DNA of 47,242 bases from an uncultured Lentisphaerales bacterium (GTDB lineage Bacteria > Verrucomicrobiota > Lentisphaeria > JABSQK01 > UBA12247). The stretch is taken from positions 1-47,242 of the forward strand of contig CALSSJ010000033.1 in NCBI GenBank assembly GCA_943788985.1, read 5' to 3'. This document shows, piece after piece, positions 1-9,478 of this stretch. The position numbers were made by a program, and so were the translations under genes. The notes beneath the pieces are model-generated. The model had not been told where the DNA came from. It was given only the letters and a program-made list of their open reading frames with translations, and did no database searches. Position 1 is the stretch's first letter, and each line of letters opens with the position of its first letter.

Positions 1-380
1 TTCGGATTCGGCTGCATGCGCCTTCGACCCTTTCACGGGAGCAAGGGCAGGCCGAGAGACAGCGCATTCTTGGCCTTCGAGCCGAGAAGCATCCGAACCT
101 GCAGCGCGATCCCTGTGCCGGTAGCTTTTTCCGCAATATCGAGCCCACATCAGCGGCTGGTCGGCGCCAGGCCGCCGGCCACTTTCTTGAGGAAGTTGGC
201 GCCAAGGAGATGTCCGTAGGCGGTGCCGCAGTCTTTCCGAAACACGCGAACATTTTGATTAAAAAGCGACCTGACTGTACGGCTGAAGATGTCTGGAAGC
301 TATCGGAGCAGATGGCCAATGCGGTCGAAGAGCGCTTTGGCTTCAGGCTGGTGCGTGAGGTGCGGGCAGTCGGCCTGTAA
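1..380 (+). CDS. murB: UDP-N-acetylenolpyruvoylglucosamine reductase, C-terminal part (5' truncated by window)
   Basis: Frame 3 (not in ORF track) reads ...RAEKHPNLQRDPCAGSFFRN...AGHFLEEVGAKEMSVGGAAVFPKHANILI...AEDVWKLSEQMANAVEERFGFRLVREV*. AGSFFRN, KHAN and LxxEV are MurB C-terminal motifs. TAA at 378-380. Confidence 0.88.
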   Translation, partial: RIRLHAPSTLSREQGQAERQRILGLRAEKHPNLQRDPCAGSFFRNIEPTSAAGRRQAAGHFLEEVGAKEMSVGGAAVFPKHANILIKKRPDCTAEDVWKLSEQMANAVEERFGFRLVREVRAVGL

Positions 381-618
381 GGGATTTCGGGGCGCGGACA
401 ACATGCCAGCTTATTGGTGCCAGCCTGGACTGGGGCGACGCCTCGGGAGAAATGTCCCCCGTTGAACGCTGAAAGCGGTGCTCAACAATCTCAGGTATCT
501 TGATCCGGGCACTCTTCCTGAGCGGGGATCATCCGCACGGCCCGGAAAATGGAAACGGTGCCGATTGTCCTCATCCTCCGACACCTTGTATTAGATTGGG
601 TTGTTTGTTCGCTTACGC

Positions 619-647
619 TTGTTGCTGCGGGTTCATCGGGGCATAGT
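619..647 (+). promoter_or_regulatory. putative sigma70-type promoter of slyX (TTGTTG-17-CATAGT), possibly leaderless
   Basis: -35/-10-like hexamers at 619-624 and 642-647. The ATG follows 5 nt later with no Shine-Dalgarno. Confidence 0.3.
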
Positions 648-652
648 TCAGT

Positions 653-847
653 ATGAACAGCCGTCTGATAGACCTAGAAACGAAACTGGCTTTTGCCGAG
701 CACTTACTGGACCAGTTGAACGAAGTGGTCACGGAGCAGAACCGTCGGATTTCCGCCCTTGTTGAGAAGGTGAACCGGCTTGAACGACAGGCAACGTCCC
801 AAGGTAGCGCCGCCGATGCCAGCTTCCAGAAGCCACCTCACTACTGA
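653..847 (+). CDS. slyX: SlyX family protein
   Basis: RLIDLETKLAFAEHLLDQLNEVVTEQ coiled coil and the diagnostic C-terminal KPPHY. Confidence 0.92.
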   Translation: MNSRLIDLETKLAFAEHLLDQLNEVVTEQNRRISALVEKVNRLERQATSQGSAADASFQKPPHY

Positions 848-849
848 GG

Positions 850-1612
850 CAGGGGATCAGCAGTACGTTGCAGGAGACGTGGTCCCTGTTCGAGATGTGA
901 TGAGCGTCTGTCTGATAGACGCGGCATCTTTGGAAGCAGCTGGTAAGGAACTAATGCGGGCCGTCCCATGGGCCTCGGCCAGAATTGTAGGGCGTTAGGC
1001 CGACCGCTGTCGTCCCAATCCTAGTCAGCGAAGTTGTTGTCGATCTGCGAAGCGCCGGTGGCAAATAGTAGTGGAGACCCTCTGCCTAGCGTCCTCGCTC
1101 TTGTTCTTCGTCTTCTGCACCACATCGTTCGTTTACAAAAAAGACTCCGCTTACCGTTTCGCTATGGCTTCACTGAACGCGACCGTCGTCTGGGGGACCA
1201 GCGCGATTAGTGCCTTGGATTTCAACGAGGGTGGGCCGTAAGAGGGGCAGGCTGCTTTCGTTTGGCTGGGTGTCGGCAAGTCCAATAGGCACAGACGAAG
1301 TAGTCGGTCCAGGCTTGGTCATCGGTAAGCAACAGCATGATTTTCGGTTTCTCGGCAGCCTACACCCAGACGCCGATCGTAGTTGCGAGAAGAAGCGCGG
1401 CGGTGAGCAGCGAGCGCATCGTGGAACCGGACTTGTTGGAGGGCAGAATTCATCGTTCGCTCTTGGATGTGGGGGAAGGGCTGGCGAAAGGCCAATCGTG
1501 CTCCTCCTCCGAGCATGACGCACAAAGCAAGGATAAGGATCAGTATGAAAACGGCGAAGCGAGCCAACCGGAGAATGCGCAAGTGACAGCACGGAGGCGT
1601 AGCTTGCGACAT
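850..1612 (-). pseudogene. possible eroded gene for a membrane-anchored/exported protein of unknown function
   Basis: ATG at 1612 is followed by a hydrophobic stretch (FAVFILILILALCVML). Downstream frames are broken by shifts and in-frame stops (RVQ*SHSETVSGVFFV, RGR*AEGLHYYL). Boundaries are approximate. Confidence 0.3.
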
Positions 1613-1782
1613 GGCATTTCGGCCTTGACCGGAGCTTTCCAGAGCATTGGTTGATCTTGCAATTGCAACCCCTGTAAACGGCGCTATTCTGACGAAGTAT
1701 ACGCGTTTGGTGATAAGTCGTAAGGAATGCCCCGGCAACGGCGCCGCCTCTTGATGCAACGATGACCGGAGTTTTTCGCGCA

Positions 1783-2575
1783 ATGAAAAAGAATAGAACA
1801 AGGTTTCCCAGAAAATTGCCCCGGGGCATTTTCCTCTTTTACCTTGATTGAATTACTCGTGGTTATCGCCATCATCGGTATTCTGGCTGCTTTATTGCTA
1901 CCCGCGCTGTCCAGGGCCAAAGGTGAAGGCAGAAGGGTCTTCTGCATAAATAACAATAAACAGCTAGGCCATGCGGTAGCGATGTACACCTCTGAGATGG
2001 ATGATAATTTTCCTACTTCTGTTGGTGGAATCACGAATAGTTGGGATGATAATTTATCCGGGTATGATGGCCGGCCTCCAATGGATTGGCCTACCAGGAT
2101 TGATGACACTCTGTTTTACGTTTCCGATGCTGAGTACGGCGCTGAGCTATATGAATGTCCGCAGGATCCAATTGAAGGGCAAGTGGCGGCTCCAGGCTTT
2201 CAATTCATGAAAAAATCCTACGCGATGAGCGCCTATTTTCCAGGGCTTCCTCAGTTTAAGGGTATTTTTAATCTTGCCCCTTCTGTGGGTGGGCGAAAGG
2301 CAGGTGGCGTCCACGACCCAACCTCCGCCATTGCCGTCACAGAAATATTTTCCTTCCTGAATTCTATGGGGAGACAGCTTTACGCCGCTTATGGTGCCCA
2401 ATCGCATCTAAGTTCAAATTTGCTGGTAAATGGCTACGCCCATACCCGAACCCATAACTATCTGATGGTTGATGGTCATGTTGAGTCATTGGACTATTAT
2501 AAAACCATCGAGGGAGCCGCCAATGGTACGACTGATGTATCGGGTTCCATGTGGGATGCGGGACCTCAGCCCTGA
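1783..2575 (+). CDS. prepilin-type N-terminal cleavage/methylation domain protein with C-terminal H-X9-DG motif (DUF1559-like)
   Basis: [28 protein letters not shown]...C.NN.KQLG, CPQD and [16 protein letters not shown] at 1783 is joined to the 1844 ORF by removing one A from the run at 1786-1790 ([24 protein letters not shown]). Confidence 0.9.
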
Positions 2576-2659
2576 TGGCGAAAAAACGGCTCGAAAGCTA
2601 CTTCTCCCGGATACACGAAGACAGCCCCGAATAATCGCTGCTTACCTGTGCGCGGGTTC

Positions 2660-2900
2660 AGGTCGATGCCTGTTCCTGCTTTCGCTATTGCCTGGGGGAC
2701 ATGTTCAAGTATTTTCCGAAGATGCGTTGAAGACGCAGGGCCGGCCCTAAACTGGTTTTTATCGGCAACGAACTTGACTCGGTAGTTGGTTGCCTTGAGT
2801 AGTTTGAAGGCTTGTTAATGCGGATGTGCAGTAGCTCAGCCGGAGGTCTGCCCAGCTCTTTGCGCAGAGCGTAGGCTGGGCTCAGGGTGAACTTAACATC
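2660..2900 (-). pseudogene. AraC/XylR-type HTH regulator remnant
   Basis: Across two shifts and a stop it reads LRKELGRPPAELLHIRIN/AFKLLKATNYRVKFVADK/TSLGPALRLQRIFGKYLNMSPRQ*RK, the AraC C-terminal double-HTH pattern. The N-terminal domain is absent. Confidence 0.65.
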
Positions 2901-2967
2901 ACAAAACTCCTGAGGCTGACACAGGGCTTTCAGCCGCGCCAAGCTAGCTCAGGTCAAGGGCGGCAGT

Positions 2968-3424
2968 TCAAAAGGCATCGCCTGTATCCTGAAATCCACT
3001 GGCCTTAGCGAGCGTGGCAGCGGGTGCGTGCGGCTGCAAAGGCTGAATCATGCACGTAGTTGGCCTGCTCATACGGATCCTCGCGGAGGTTGCGCAGCAT
3101 GAAATCGTAGCCCGGCGTGCCAAAATACTTTCAGCCATCACGCATGGCCACACCACGCCAGGCCTTGTTGATCGAAGGCGTATGGTACTTGTGTGGAGTC
3201 TGCTGCAGCTAGGCTGAGTCCGGCTCGGTGTGGGCCGCTTTCTCGGCATCAGGGAGTGGATCCAGGCGGTGTGATAGCCCGCTTCTTTGAATGGTGCGGT
3301 ACTGGTAGGGACCGCTGGATCGAGCGGCGAGGGCGTGAGCGTCACGCCCGCGACTACGCGGTCAAAGCGTCTGCGCACGGTGCTGATCCCCAAATATCCA
3401 GATGATATTCGGTCGCCTTAGCAA
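2968..3424 (-). pseudogene. arylsulfatase-family sulfatase remnant with large internal deletions
   Basis: Colinear fragments in different frames: RPNIIWIFGDQHRAQTL*, RFDRVVAG, SPLDPAVPT..PFKEAGYHTAWI, VRDG*KY, MLRNLREDPYEQAN, TGDAF. They span ~450 bp instead of ~1.4 kb, and the CxPxR motif is missing. Confidence 0.75.
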
Positions 3425-3444
3425 TTTTTGTTGCTTGGATCGTC

Positions 3445-4527
3445 TCAGTGATCGCGATCGGGAGCGATGGGGCGTCCAGCGCGAGCGATGCGGTTGGCTG
3501 GCTGAATGAGGAGGTGATGAAGCCAGAATTTTGGGTTGGCTGGCGGCAGGCCGGTCAGGCGCTGGGTGGTGGCGCGGGTGCCGAAGAGCTGAAGCAGCAA
3601 GGTGAATGGCACGGATTGTTTGCGCTTCCAGCAGCGCAGCTGCCAACGGCGCAGAAAGCTGGCCCGAGTTGAGCCTAGATAGCTGGCGAAGATGGTGGCG
3701 CGCCGCGCATCGCGACGGGAAACGGAGCTGAGTAATGGCTCGCAGGCAGTTTCAGGAACGATGCCGCAGGCGGCTGCGATGAGCAGGGCAGGCAGGACTT
3801 GGCGCTGAAGGCCTCGATCGCACCATAGCTGGGCGGCCTCAGCCCAATCCAGCTGATAGTGCGCCTGCAGTAGGGAGAGGTCGCTGAAGTCGTAGGGCAT
3901 GATGCCGTAGTGTTTGTAGACGTGCTGCAAGGTGATCGTGAGGCTGACGAGCGGGTCAGGAGTCACTAGGCCAGGTCCGGGATCAGGCGGTGCGATGTCG
4001 GCAAAGCTTCCCCAGCGGGGATGGCGCCCGACCTTAAAGTGAACCTCGAGTGGCATGCCGATGATATGCTGCCGGCGAATGTGGTCATGGGCCGCACAGG
4101 GTGCCTGGCGTTCGCCTGGAAACACCGCCTCGATTGCAGTGTCGGTCATCAGAATGTCGATATCGGCAGATTGGCGGAGATGCTCCTGCGGGTAGAGCTC
4201 CCGGGCCAGCGCAGCGCCTTTGAACAGGACCGCGGTCTGACAACGATTCTTCAAGGTCATGTCGAGCTGGCGCAGAGCAGCTTTACGCAGGGCCGCGCGA
4301 CCGATCTCCTGTTTCTCGAAGTCCTCCAGTTGCTCACAGAGGCCGGCTGCCTCGGCATGTCTCGCCAGCAGGTGGCGTGTGTAGCCGGCGAGGTGAAAGC
4401 CGGCGACTAGGCGGACTAGCTCGCGCTCGTCGGCCCGATAGCGGCGGATGAGCTCGTCGTGGGCGCCTTGCTGGCGGGTCGCCAGCAACAGCGGCAGCGG
4501 CTGGTGGGACAACGGCGGCGGTTTCAT
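3445..4527 (-). CDS. uncharacterised nucleotidyltransferase family protein (NTP_transf_5-like)
   Basis: LFKGAALARELYPQEHLRQSADIDIL (KG...R...DxD), LEVHF, LQHVYKH, DLSLL..LDW. The start at 4527 overlaps the upstream stop (ATGA). Confidence 0.8.
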   Translation of the reverse strand: MKPPPLSHQPLPLLLATRQQGAHDELIRRYRADERELVRLVAGFHLAGYTRHLLARHAEAAGLCEQLEDFEKQEIGRAALRKAALRQLDMTLKNRCQTAVLFKGAALARELYPQEHLRQSADIDILMTDTAIEAVFPGERQAPCAAHDHIRRQHIIGMPLEVHFKVGRHPRWGSFADIAPPDPGPGLVTPDPLVSLTITLQHVYKHYGIMPYDFSDLSLLQAHYQLDWAEAAQLWCDRGLQRQVLPALLIAAACGIVPETACEPLLSSVSRRDARRATIFASYLGSTRASFLRRWQLRCWKRKQSVPFTLLLQLFGTRATTQRLTGLPPANPKFWLHHLLIQPANRIARAGRPIAPDRDH

Positions 4528-6197
4528 GGCTGCGCGGGCGGCGGGAAGAGAAAGATGCGCTCGCCATGCGGCCCAAAGTGATCGAGCTCCTGGACATCGG
4601 GACTTGCTCTGAGTTGCTCTACGAGGGGGGCTGAACGGGCCTGATAGAGCACGGCGGCGCGCGCGCTGAAGGTGTCGCGAATCACCGAGACTGGATCGGG
4701 GGATTGGCCGAGTCGCGTCTGGTGCCAAAGCTCAAAGCGCTCGCGGGATTGGAGATAGAAGAACATGGGCTCGAGAAACATCATGAAGCGCTGTTCCGGC
4801 GCATGAAACCAGAGCCACGGGGGTTCGGACCAGTTGGCGGTAAAGACGATGTCGCCTGGGGCTAGGTGCTGAGAGAGGAGGGCGCCCGCTTCGGCGTAGG
4901 GTGCGGTTACGGAGTCCGCAGCGGCTCGTTCTTCGACGAAGCCGCGTAGGCCACCGAGCGTGAAGGCTCCGACGGCTAGGGCAAAGCCGACGATCAACGC
5001 GCGGTGCCTTGCTTGTTCCCAGTTGCAGAGTTCGCACGCTGCGAAGATCGCAACGAGCAACGCTGCGACTGGGATGAAGCCGATGATTGCGAAGTAGGCG
5101 CTGAGGGCCGCTGCCAGCAGGCACCGCTGCCAGCGTAGTTCGACATGTTCAGCCCACGCATGCTGGCGAAACCAGCAGGCTAGGAATAGCACAGCGCAGG
5201 GCGCATAGTAGTCAAGAAACCGAGCGCTTTTTATGGTCATGACAGCATAGCCGAGTGCGTAGATGGTCAGGACGCTCAGGTCTTGGTGCCAGCGAAGTTT
5301 GCCGCGCACCGCACGAACGGTGACAGCGAGTAGGCAAAACAGCAGAGGAATGGACACCGCGATCAGAGCCCCACCCAGCGGACGCAGCTCGGCGGGTTTG
5401 ACGGCTGCCAGAGTGGCAGACGCTTGCCAATAGGCCTTCAGAACTAGTACATTCTGGGCGTATAGTCCAGAAAGGTTATTAGGAAAGTGCGGGTGCAGCA
5501 AGGTGGCGATGGCAATGCCGACGACAGAAGCTACAACCAGCGGCAGTTGGCGGAAGCGTTTCTCAGGCTTACGGGGCCAGAGGATGGCGACGCCGTCGAT
5601 GGCGGCGATCATGAACGGGAGCTGCCAGTGTGCGGTATGGCACATGGCGTAGAGAAAGGCCATGATCCCCAAAAGGATGTGCTTGCGCCGTAGTGCTGCT
5701 GCGATTGCGACGAGAAAGATGGGGGCAGCGAGCAGGTGAGGGCGCAGCAGGGTCAAGCGCAGCCAGGCCATGCCGAATACAGAGCAGGGCAGCAGCGCAG
5801 CCCAGAACCAGGCTTTGCGAATTTCGAGCGTTTTGAAGGTGTACCATAGCCCGAGTATCAGCAGGGCGTTCATGACGAGCACGGCAGAATGGCCAGCATT
5901 CAGTTTTCCGCTGCCTAGAAAAGGTACGAGGAAGACGTGAAACAGCCACTCCTTGTCAAAATAGCGATGGGCCCAGATCGACTCTGTTGCGTAGGGGAAG
6001 GTATCGAAGCCAATACCGCGCTCGCGCATCACATCGGCCACCTGAAGGTGGAAGTAGGGGTCTACACCGTAGGGCGCACCGAGGAGGCTAAGGAGCCAGA
6101 TGAGGCCCAGCCAGCCAAGGATTACAGGCACCCAGGGCCAGTCTGCTTCGCGCGGAGCTAGATCCGGGTGCGGTGTTTCGCCGTCAGCCGTAGACAC
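4524..6197 (-). CDS. polytopic membrane protein, putative GT-C-fold glycosyltransferase
   Basis: Many hydrophobic segments, DPYFH after TM1, DKEWLFHVFL, LRPHLL, and a soluble C-terminal domain (GDIVFTANWS). Confidence 0.6.
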   Translation of the reverse strand: MSTADGETPHPDLAPREADWPWVPVILGWLGLIWLLSLLGAPYGVDPYFHLQVADVMRERGIGFDTFPYATESIWAHRYFDKEWLFHVFLVPFLGSGKLNAGHSAVLVMNALLILGLWYTFKTLEIRKAWFWAALLPCSVFGMAWLRLTLLRPHLLAAPIFLVAIAAALRRKHILLGIMAFLYAMCHTAHWQLPFMIAAIDGVAILWPRKPEKRFRQLPLVVASVVGIAIATLLHPHFPNNLSGLYAQNVLVLKAYWQASATLAAVKPAELRPLGGALIAVSIPLLFCLLAVTVRAVRGKLRWHQDLSVLTIYALGYAVMTIKSARFLDYYAPCAVLFLACWFRQHAWAEHVELRWQRCLLAAALSAYFAIIGFIPVAALLVAIFAACELCNWEQARHRALIVGFALAVGAFTLGGLRGFVEERAAADSVTAPYAEAGALLSQHLAPGDIVFTANWSEPPWLWFHAPEQRFMMFLEPMFFYLQSRERFELWHQTRLGQSPDPVSVIRDTFSARAAVLYQARSAPLVEQLRASPDVQELDHFGPHGERIFLFPPPAQP

Positions 6198-6296
6198 GGT
6201 GGTAGCTTAGCCATTTTGCGAACTGCGCAATCATCGGATGGGCTTGCAGGAGGGCGACTACTCGGCCGCTCAGCGCGCAGGCTCGGGCAGCTCCCA

Positions 6297-7010
6297 TCAA
6301 TAATCCTCGGGGTATCTGAAAACATGATGGCCGGTGAAGCGATTGAGCTCCAGGTTGACTTGATTGGCCGAACTTATGTTGGTCGGGGTATCTGCGGCTC
6401 GCTTGATGATCCAGTAGCCGTTGGCAAAGGCCGCCTCGCCGATGGTCACGTGCAAGCCATTGCCGATGATCCGGCCAGTGGATGCGAAAATTATGCAGCG
6501 CACGTTATCGATGCTCGCATTGCCACCCAATGCCGCCGAGAGGTCCACCTTATCGATTGTGGTCGCGCCATTGTCCATGGGATTATTGGAGTATGTCACG
6601 TTATCCTGAATGCCGATGTCCTGGTCTACTTCCATGATCAACGCGCCCACCGGCATGTACAGCCATTTGGAGGCTGGCACCCAGTCGACGAAGTCGTAGG
6701 TGCCAGATGAAGTTTTTTCAATGTAGGCGAGGCGCACTACGCGAAACTTATGCTCCTCGGGAATGCTGGTGCCTTCGTCGCCGGGCATAACGATTGCGAC
6801 AGGCCGACGCTGTGAGATGGCGTACTGGCGCCCGAGCTGGATGAGGGATCCAACCTGGCTCGAGCTGGCTTTCACAGCGTTTCCGGAGATGATGGATTCG
6901 AAAGCAGGCAGCGCGATCAACATGAGCATGCTGGCTAGGACCAGCACCACCATCAATTCCAGAAGTGTAAAATACCGGCGGATGGCTGGCTGCATCTGAG
7001 ATTGTTTCAC
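6297..7010 (-). CDS. GspH/FimT-like minor pseudopilin (orphan)
   Basis: RRY|FTLLELMVVLVLASMLMLIALPAF leader, QLGRQYAISQRRPVAIV helix, IIFASTG; GGAG upstream of the GTG start. Confidence 0.8.
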   Translation of the reverse strand: MKQSQMQPAIRRYFTLLELMVVLVLASMLMLIALPAFESIISGNAVKASSSQVGSLIQLGRQYAISQRRPVAIVMPGDEGTSIPEEHKFRVVRLAYIEKTSSGTYDFVDWVPASKWLYMPVGALIMEVDQDIGIQDNVTYSNNPMDNGATTIDKVDLSAALGGNASIDNVRCIIFASTGRIIGNGLHVTIGEAAFANGYWIIKRAADTPTNISSANQVNLELNRFTGHHVFRYPEDY

Positions 7011-7049
7011 GCTCGTCTCCGCGGTGGCTACTGGGGCACAACGACCGAT

Positions 7050-7078
7050 ACTATACCCGAGAAGGGGGTTGGGACCAA
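7050..7078 (-). promoter_or_regulatory. putative sigma70 promoter (TTGGTC-17-TATAGT) for the orphan pseudopilin
   Basis: Hexamers at 7078-7073 and 7055-7050 with a 17-nt spacer, ~40 nt upstream of the start. Confidence 0.45.
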
Positions 7079-7091
7079 GTCGCGCGCTGGC

Positions 7092-8393
7092 TCACTCTGC
7101 CTGCGCGGCTTTCGTCGCCGCGAAGATATTGGCAAACAAGTCCTCGAGCAGGCCGAACGGAGTCGCGGAAAAGGCGATTCGCAGCAGGCCGGATGCGGCG
7201 ATTGTGCCGGTATCGAAGTCCTTCAGCAGGATTTGGCGGACTCGCTCCGGGTCTGCCTCTAGCTGCAAGCAAAGGAAGTACCCGGAGTTGAATGGTGCCG
7301 GGACAAATGCTTCGCTGTATTCTGGGTGTGCCGCGAGGATTTCTTTGATCCGAGTGTAGCGACGCTGGAGAATCTCGAACTTTGCTTCCTTCTCTACCGC
7401 ATAGGTGTCGGACTGGAGGGCAGCTTTGACTAGGGACTGTGAGAGCTGCGAGGCATTGGAGATATTGCCGCGGACGGCACCGGCGGTTTTGGCTTCCAGG
7501 GCAGAGTAGAGGGCGGCGGTTCCACCGCGTACGGCATAGGTCAGGAAGCCGACGCGTAGGCCCCAGACGTAATCTTCTTTCGTAGCACCGTCGATCTTCA
7601 CGGCCAGCAGACGCTCGTGCGAATCGGCGAGCTTGGCAAACATGGACTCGCGCCCGACACCATCCTCGTAGACCAGACCAAAGTAGGCATCGTCTATCAA
7701 TACGACCAGGTCATTGCCCGCGCTGGCGGCAGCCACCAGGACGTCGCGAAGCGCATCCATTTCAGCTTCCGTAGCCGTGTAGCCGGTGGGATTGTTCGGG
7801 AAGTTTAGCAGGACTACTTTCTTGCCGATTCCGCCTGCTTTCAGCGCTTGGCGGAGGCCATCCACATGGTAGGCACCGTCGACAAAGGTGGTGTGTGTGG
7901 CAAGTTTTGCATCGTAGCCGTTCTTGAAGATGAGATTGTAGTTGCCCCAATAAAGATCGGGCAGGATCAGGGTGTCGCCCGGATCCAGGAAGAGGTAGCC
8001 AGCGATGCTGAGCGCGTGGGTCAGAGCATTCGTGACGACCGGAGTGCTGAGCTGAGTATCGCCCAGAGAGGGATTCTTGCCGCGGATATTCGCCAGCCAG
8101 ACTCTACGCAGTTCGGCATCCCCAAAGCTGGGCGCATAGGGAAATACCGCAGCTGGCGGCAATGAGACAAGCTTCTCGATTGCTGGCAAGCGCATGGGCG
8201 TGCCATCGTCTTCCAGGGCAATGCCGATCGTGGCGTTGATGCGTTTGCCTTTGGCCGCGGCGGTCTGTCCCAGAATGCCCTTTGCGGGGAAAAAGATGCC
8301 TTTTCCTTTGGCCGAAAGCATGGTCGTAACGGAGGCGTTTTCCGCTTCGATGATATCATTCAGTTCACTTGCCTGGGGATTGATCGCGCTCAT
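7092..8393 (-). CDS. PLP-dependent aminotransferase class I/II
   Basis: INATIGIA, LNFPNNPTGY, IDDAYFG, KIDGATKEDYVWGLRVGF (PLP lysine). Start chosen at MSAINPQ. Confidence 0.92.
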   Translation of the reverse strand: MSAINPQASELNDIIEAENASVTTMLSAKGKGIFFPAKGILGQTAAAKGKRINATIGIALEDDGTPMRLPAIEKLVSLPPAAVFPYAPSFGDAELRRVWLANIRGKNPSLGDTQLSTPVVTNALTHALSIAGYLFLDPGDTLILPDLYWGNYNLIFKNGYDAKLATHTTFVDGAYHVDGLRQALKAGGIGKKVVLLNFPNNPTGYTATEAEMDALRDVLVAAASAGNDLVVLIDDAYFGLVYEDGVGRESMFAKLADSHERLLAVKIDGATKEDYVWGLRVGFLTYAVRGGTAALYSALEAKTAGAVRGNISNASQLSQSLVKAALQSDTYAVEKEAKFEILQRRYTRIKEILAAHPEYSEAFVPAPFNSGYFLCLQLEADPERVRQILLKDFDTGTIAASGLLRIAFSATPFGLLEDLFANIFAATKAAQAE

Positions 8394-8500
8394 TGCTGAA
8401 CCCTGTTCGTTAGCGTGCCTGTTTGCGGAGCCGACTGCTGCCGATTGAGAAGCCGCCAATTTAATGCATCGCGCAACAATGTCGTACGCGCTCTTCACGG

Positions 8501-8843
8501 CTAATCTTGGTGGAAGACTTCTTCCCGCGCTGCTGACTGCTCTCGGTCTGCGCAGTCAGCCAGCGGCCCTGACAGGGAATGCACTCTGCCCACCATTTCT
8601 GGGTCAGTGGATCGGCAGCCATTTTATCCATCACCTGCTGGAAGTTCTCGTCTGTGTACTCGAAGTAGCGGAAGAGGTAGAGCTCCCCATCTGGCACCTA
8701 TTGCCAGTAGATGAAGTAGTTTTGAATATTGCACTCCTTGATCCTGGCCAGCACGCCGGGCCAGACCGCGCTGTGCAATCCTTTTTGGTGGCTGAACCGA
8801 TCTTGTTTTACGCCCACGAGCATTGCGCAGCGTTTGATGGCAT
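8501..8843 (-). pseudogene. rhaM: L-rhamnose mutarotase (RhaM-like) pseudogene
   Basis: KRCAMLVGVK...LHSAVWPGVLARIKECNIQNYFIYWQ*VPDGELYLFRYFEY...MAADPLTQKWW..C.PCQ/PL...EEVFHQD*. It has an internal TAG and two frameshifts. Confidence 0.8.
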
Positions 8844-8953
8844 GTCCTCTCGTGCAAAAGAATTCTCGCTAACGACTGAATCATACGGGATCCCACACGT
8901 TAGGCAAGACGAACGGCGATATGGTACAGAACTCGCTTAAATCGGAGGATAGG

Positions 8954-9478
8954 ATGGAAGAGTTGGCCTGGGAAGGGCGCTTTATTCAGGTGAAACTGAA
9001 GAATGGCTATGAATGCGTAGAGCGCGTGAATATTTCGGGGATTGTGGTGCTGGCTGCCGTGACGGATGACGGCGAACTGCTGCTGGTCGAGCAGTTTCGG
9101 CCACCGATCGATGGGCGTATTCTGGAGTTGCCAGCGGGACTCGCGGGGGATTCGGCTGCAGTTGCTGGCGAAGCGATCGAGCGCGCAGCAGTGCGGGAAC
9201 TCGAGGAGGAAACCGGGTATCGCCCGGGCTCGCTCCAGGTGCTGGGAGAATTCGAACCGACCGCGGGTGTGATGCGCGAGACGTATACCATGTATCTCTG
9301 CCGAGATTTGGAGAAAGTCGGCGAAGGCGGCGGGGATGAAAGCGAGGACATCGTGGTGCATGCGGTTCCGCTGGGGCAAGTCCCGGCGTTCATTAGCGCG
9401 AAGCGGGGGGAAGGGTTGGCAATCGATGCCAAGATTCACGCAGCGCTCTGGCACATTCACGTGGCGGGGCTGCTGTGA
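8954..9478 (+). CDS. NUDIX hydrolase (ADP-ribose pyrophosphatase-like)
   Basis: [15 protein letters not shown], Nudix box [26 protein letters not shown] upstream of ATG 8954. Confidence 0.9.
   Translation: MEELAWEGRFIQVKLKNGYECVERVNISGIVVLAAVTDDGELLLVEQFRPPIDGRILELPAGLAGDSAAVAGEAIERAAVRELEEETGYRPGSLQVLGEFEPTAGVMRETYTMYLCRDLEKVGEGGGDESEDIVVHAVPLGQVPAFISAKRGEGLAIDAKIHAALWHIHVAGLL

Noticed and set aside
440..505. Glycine-riboswitch-like words (GGGAGA...CGCTGAAAG...AATCTCAGG) between murB and slyX
   Set aside because: Core motifs match only loosely, no convincing P1 stem or tandem aptamer was found, and the downstream gene is unrelated to glycine. An Infernal/Rfam scan would settle it.
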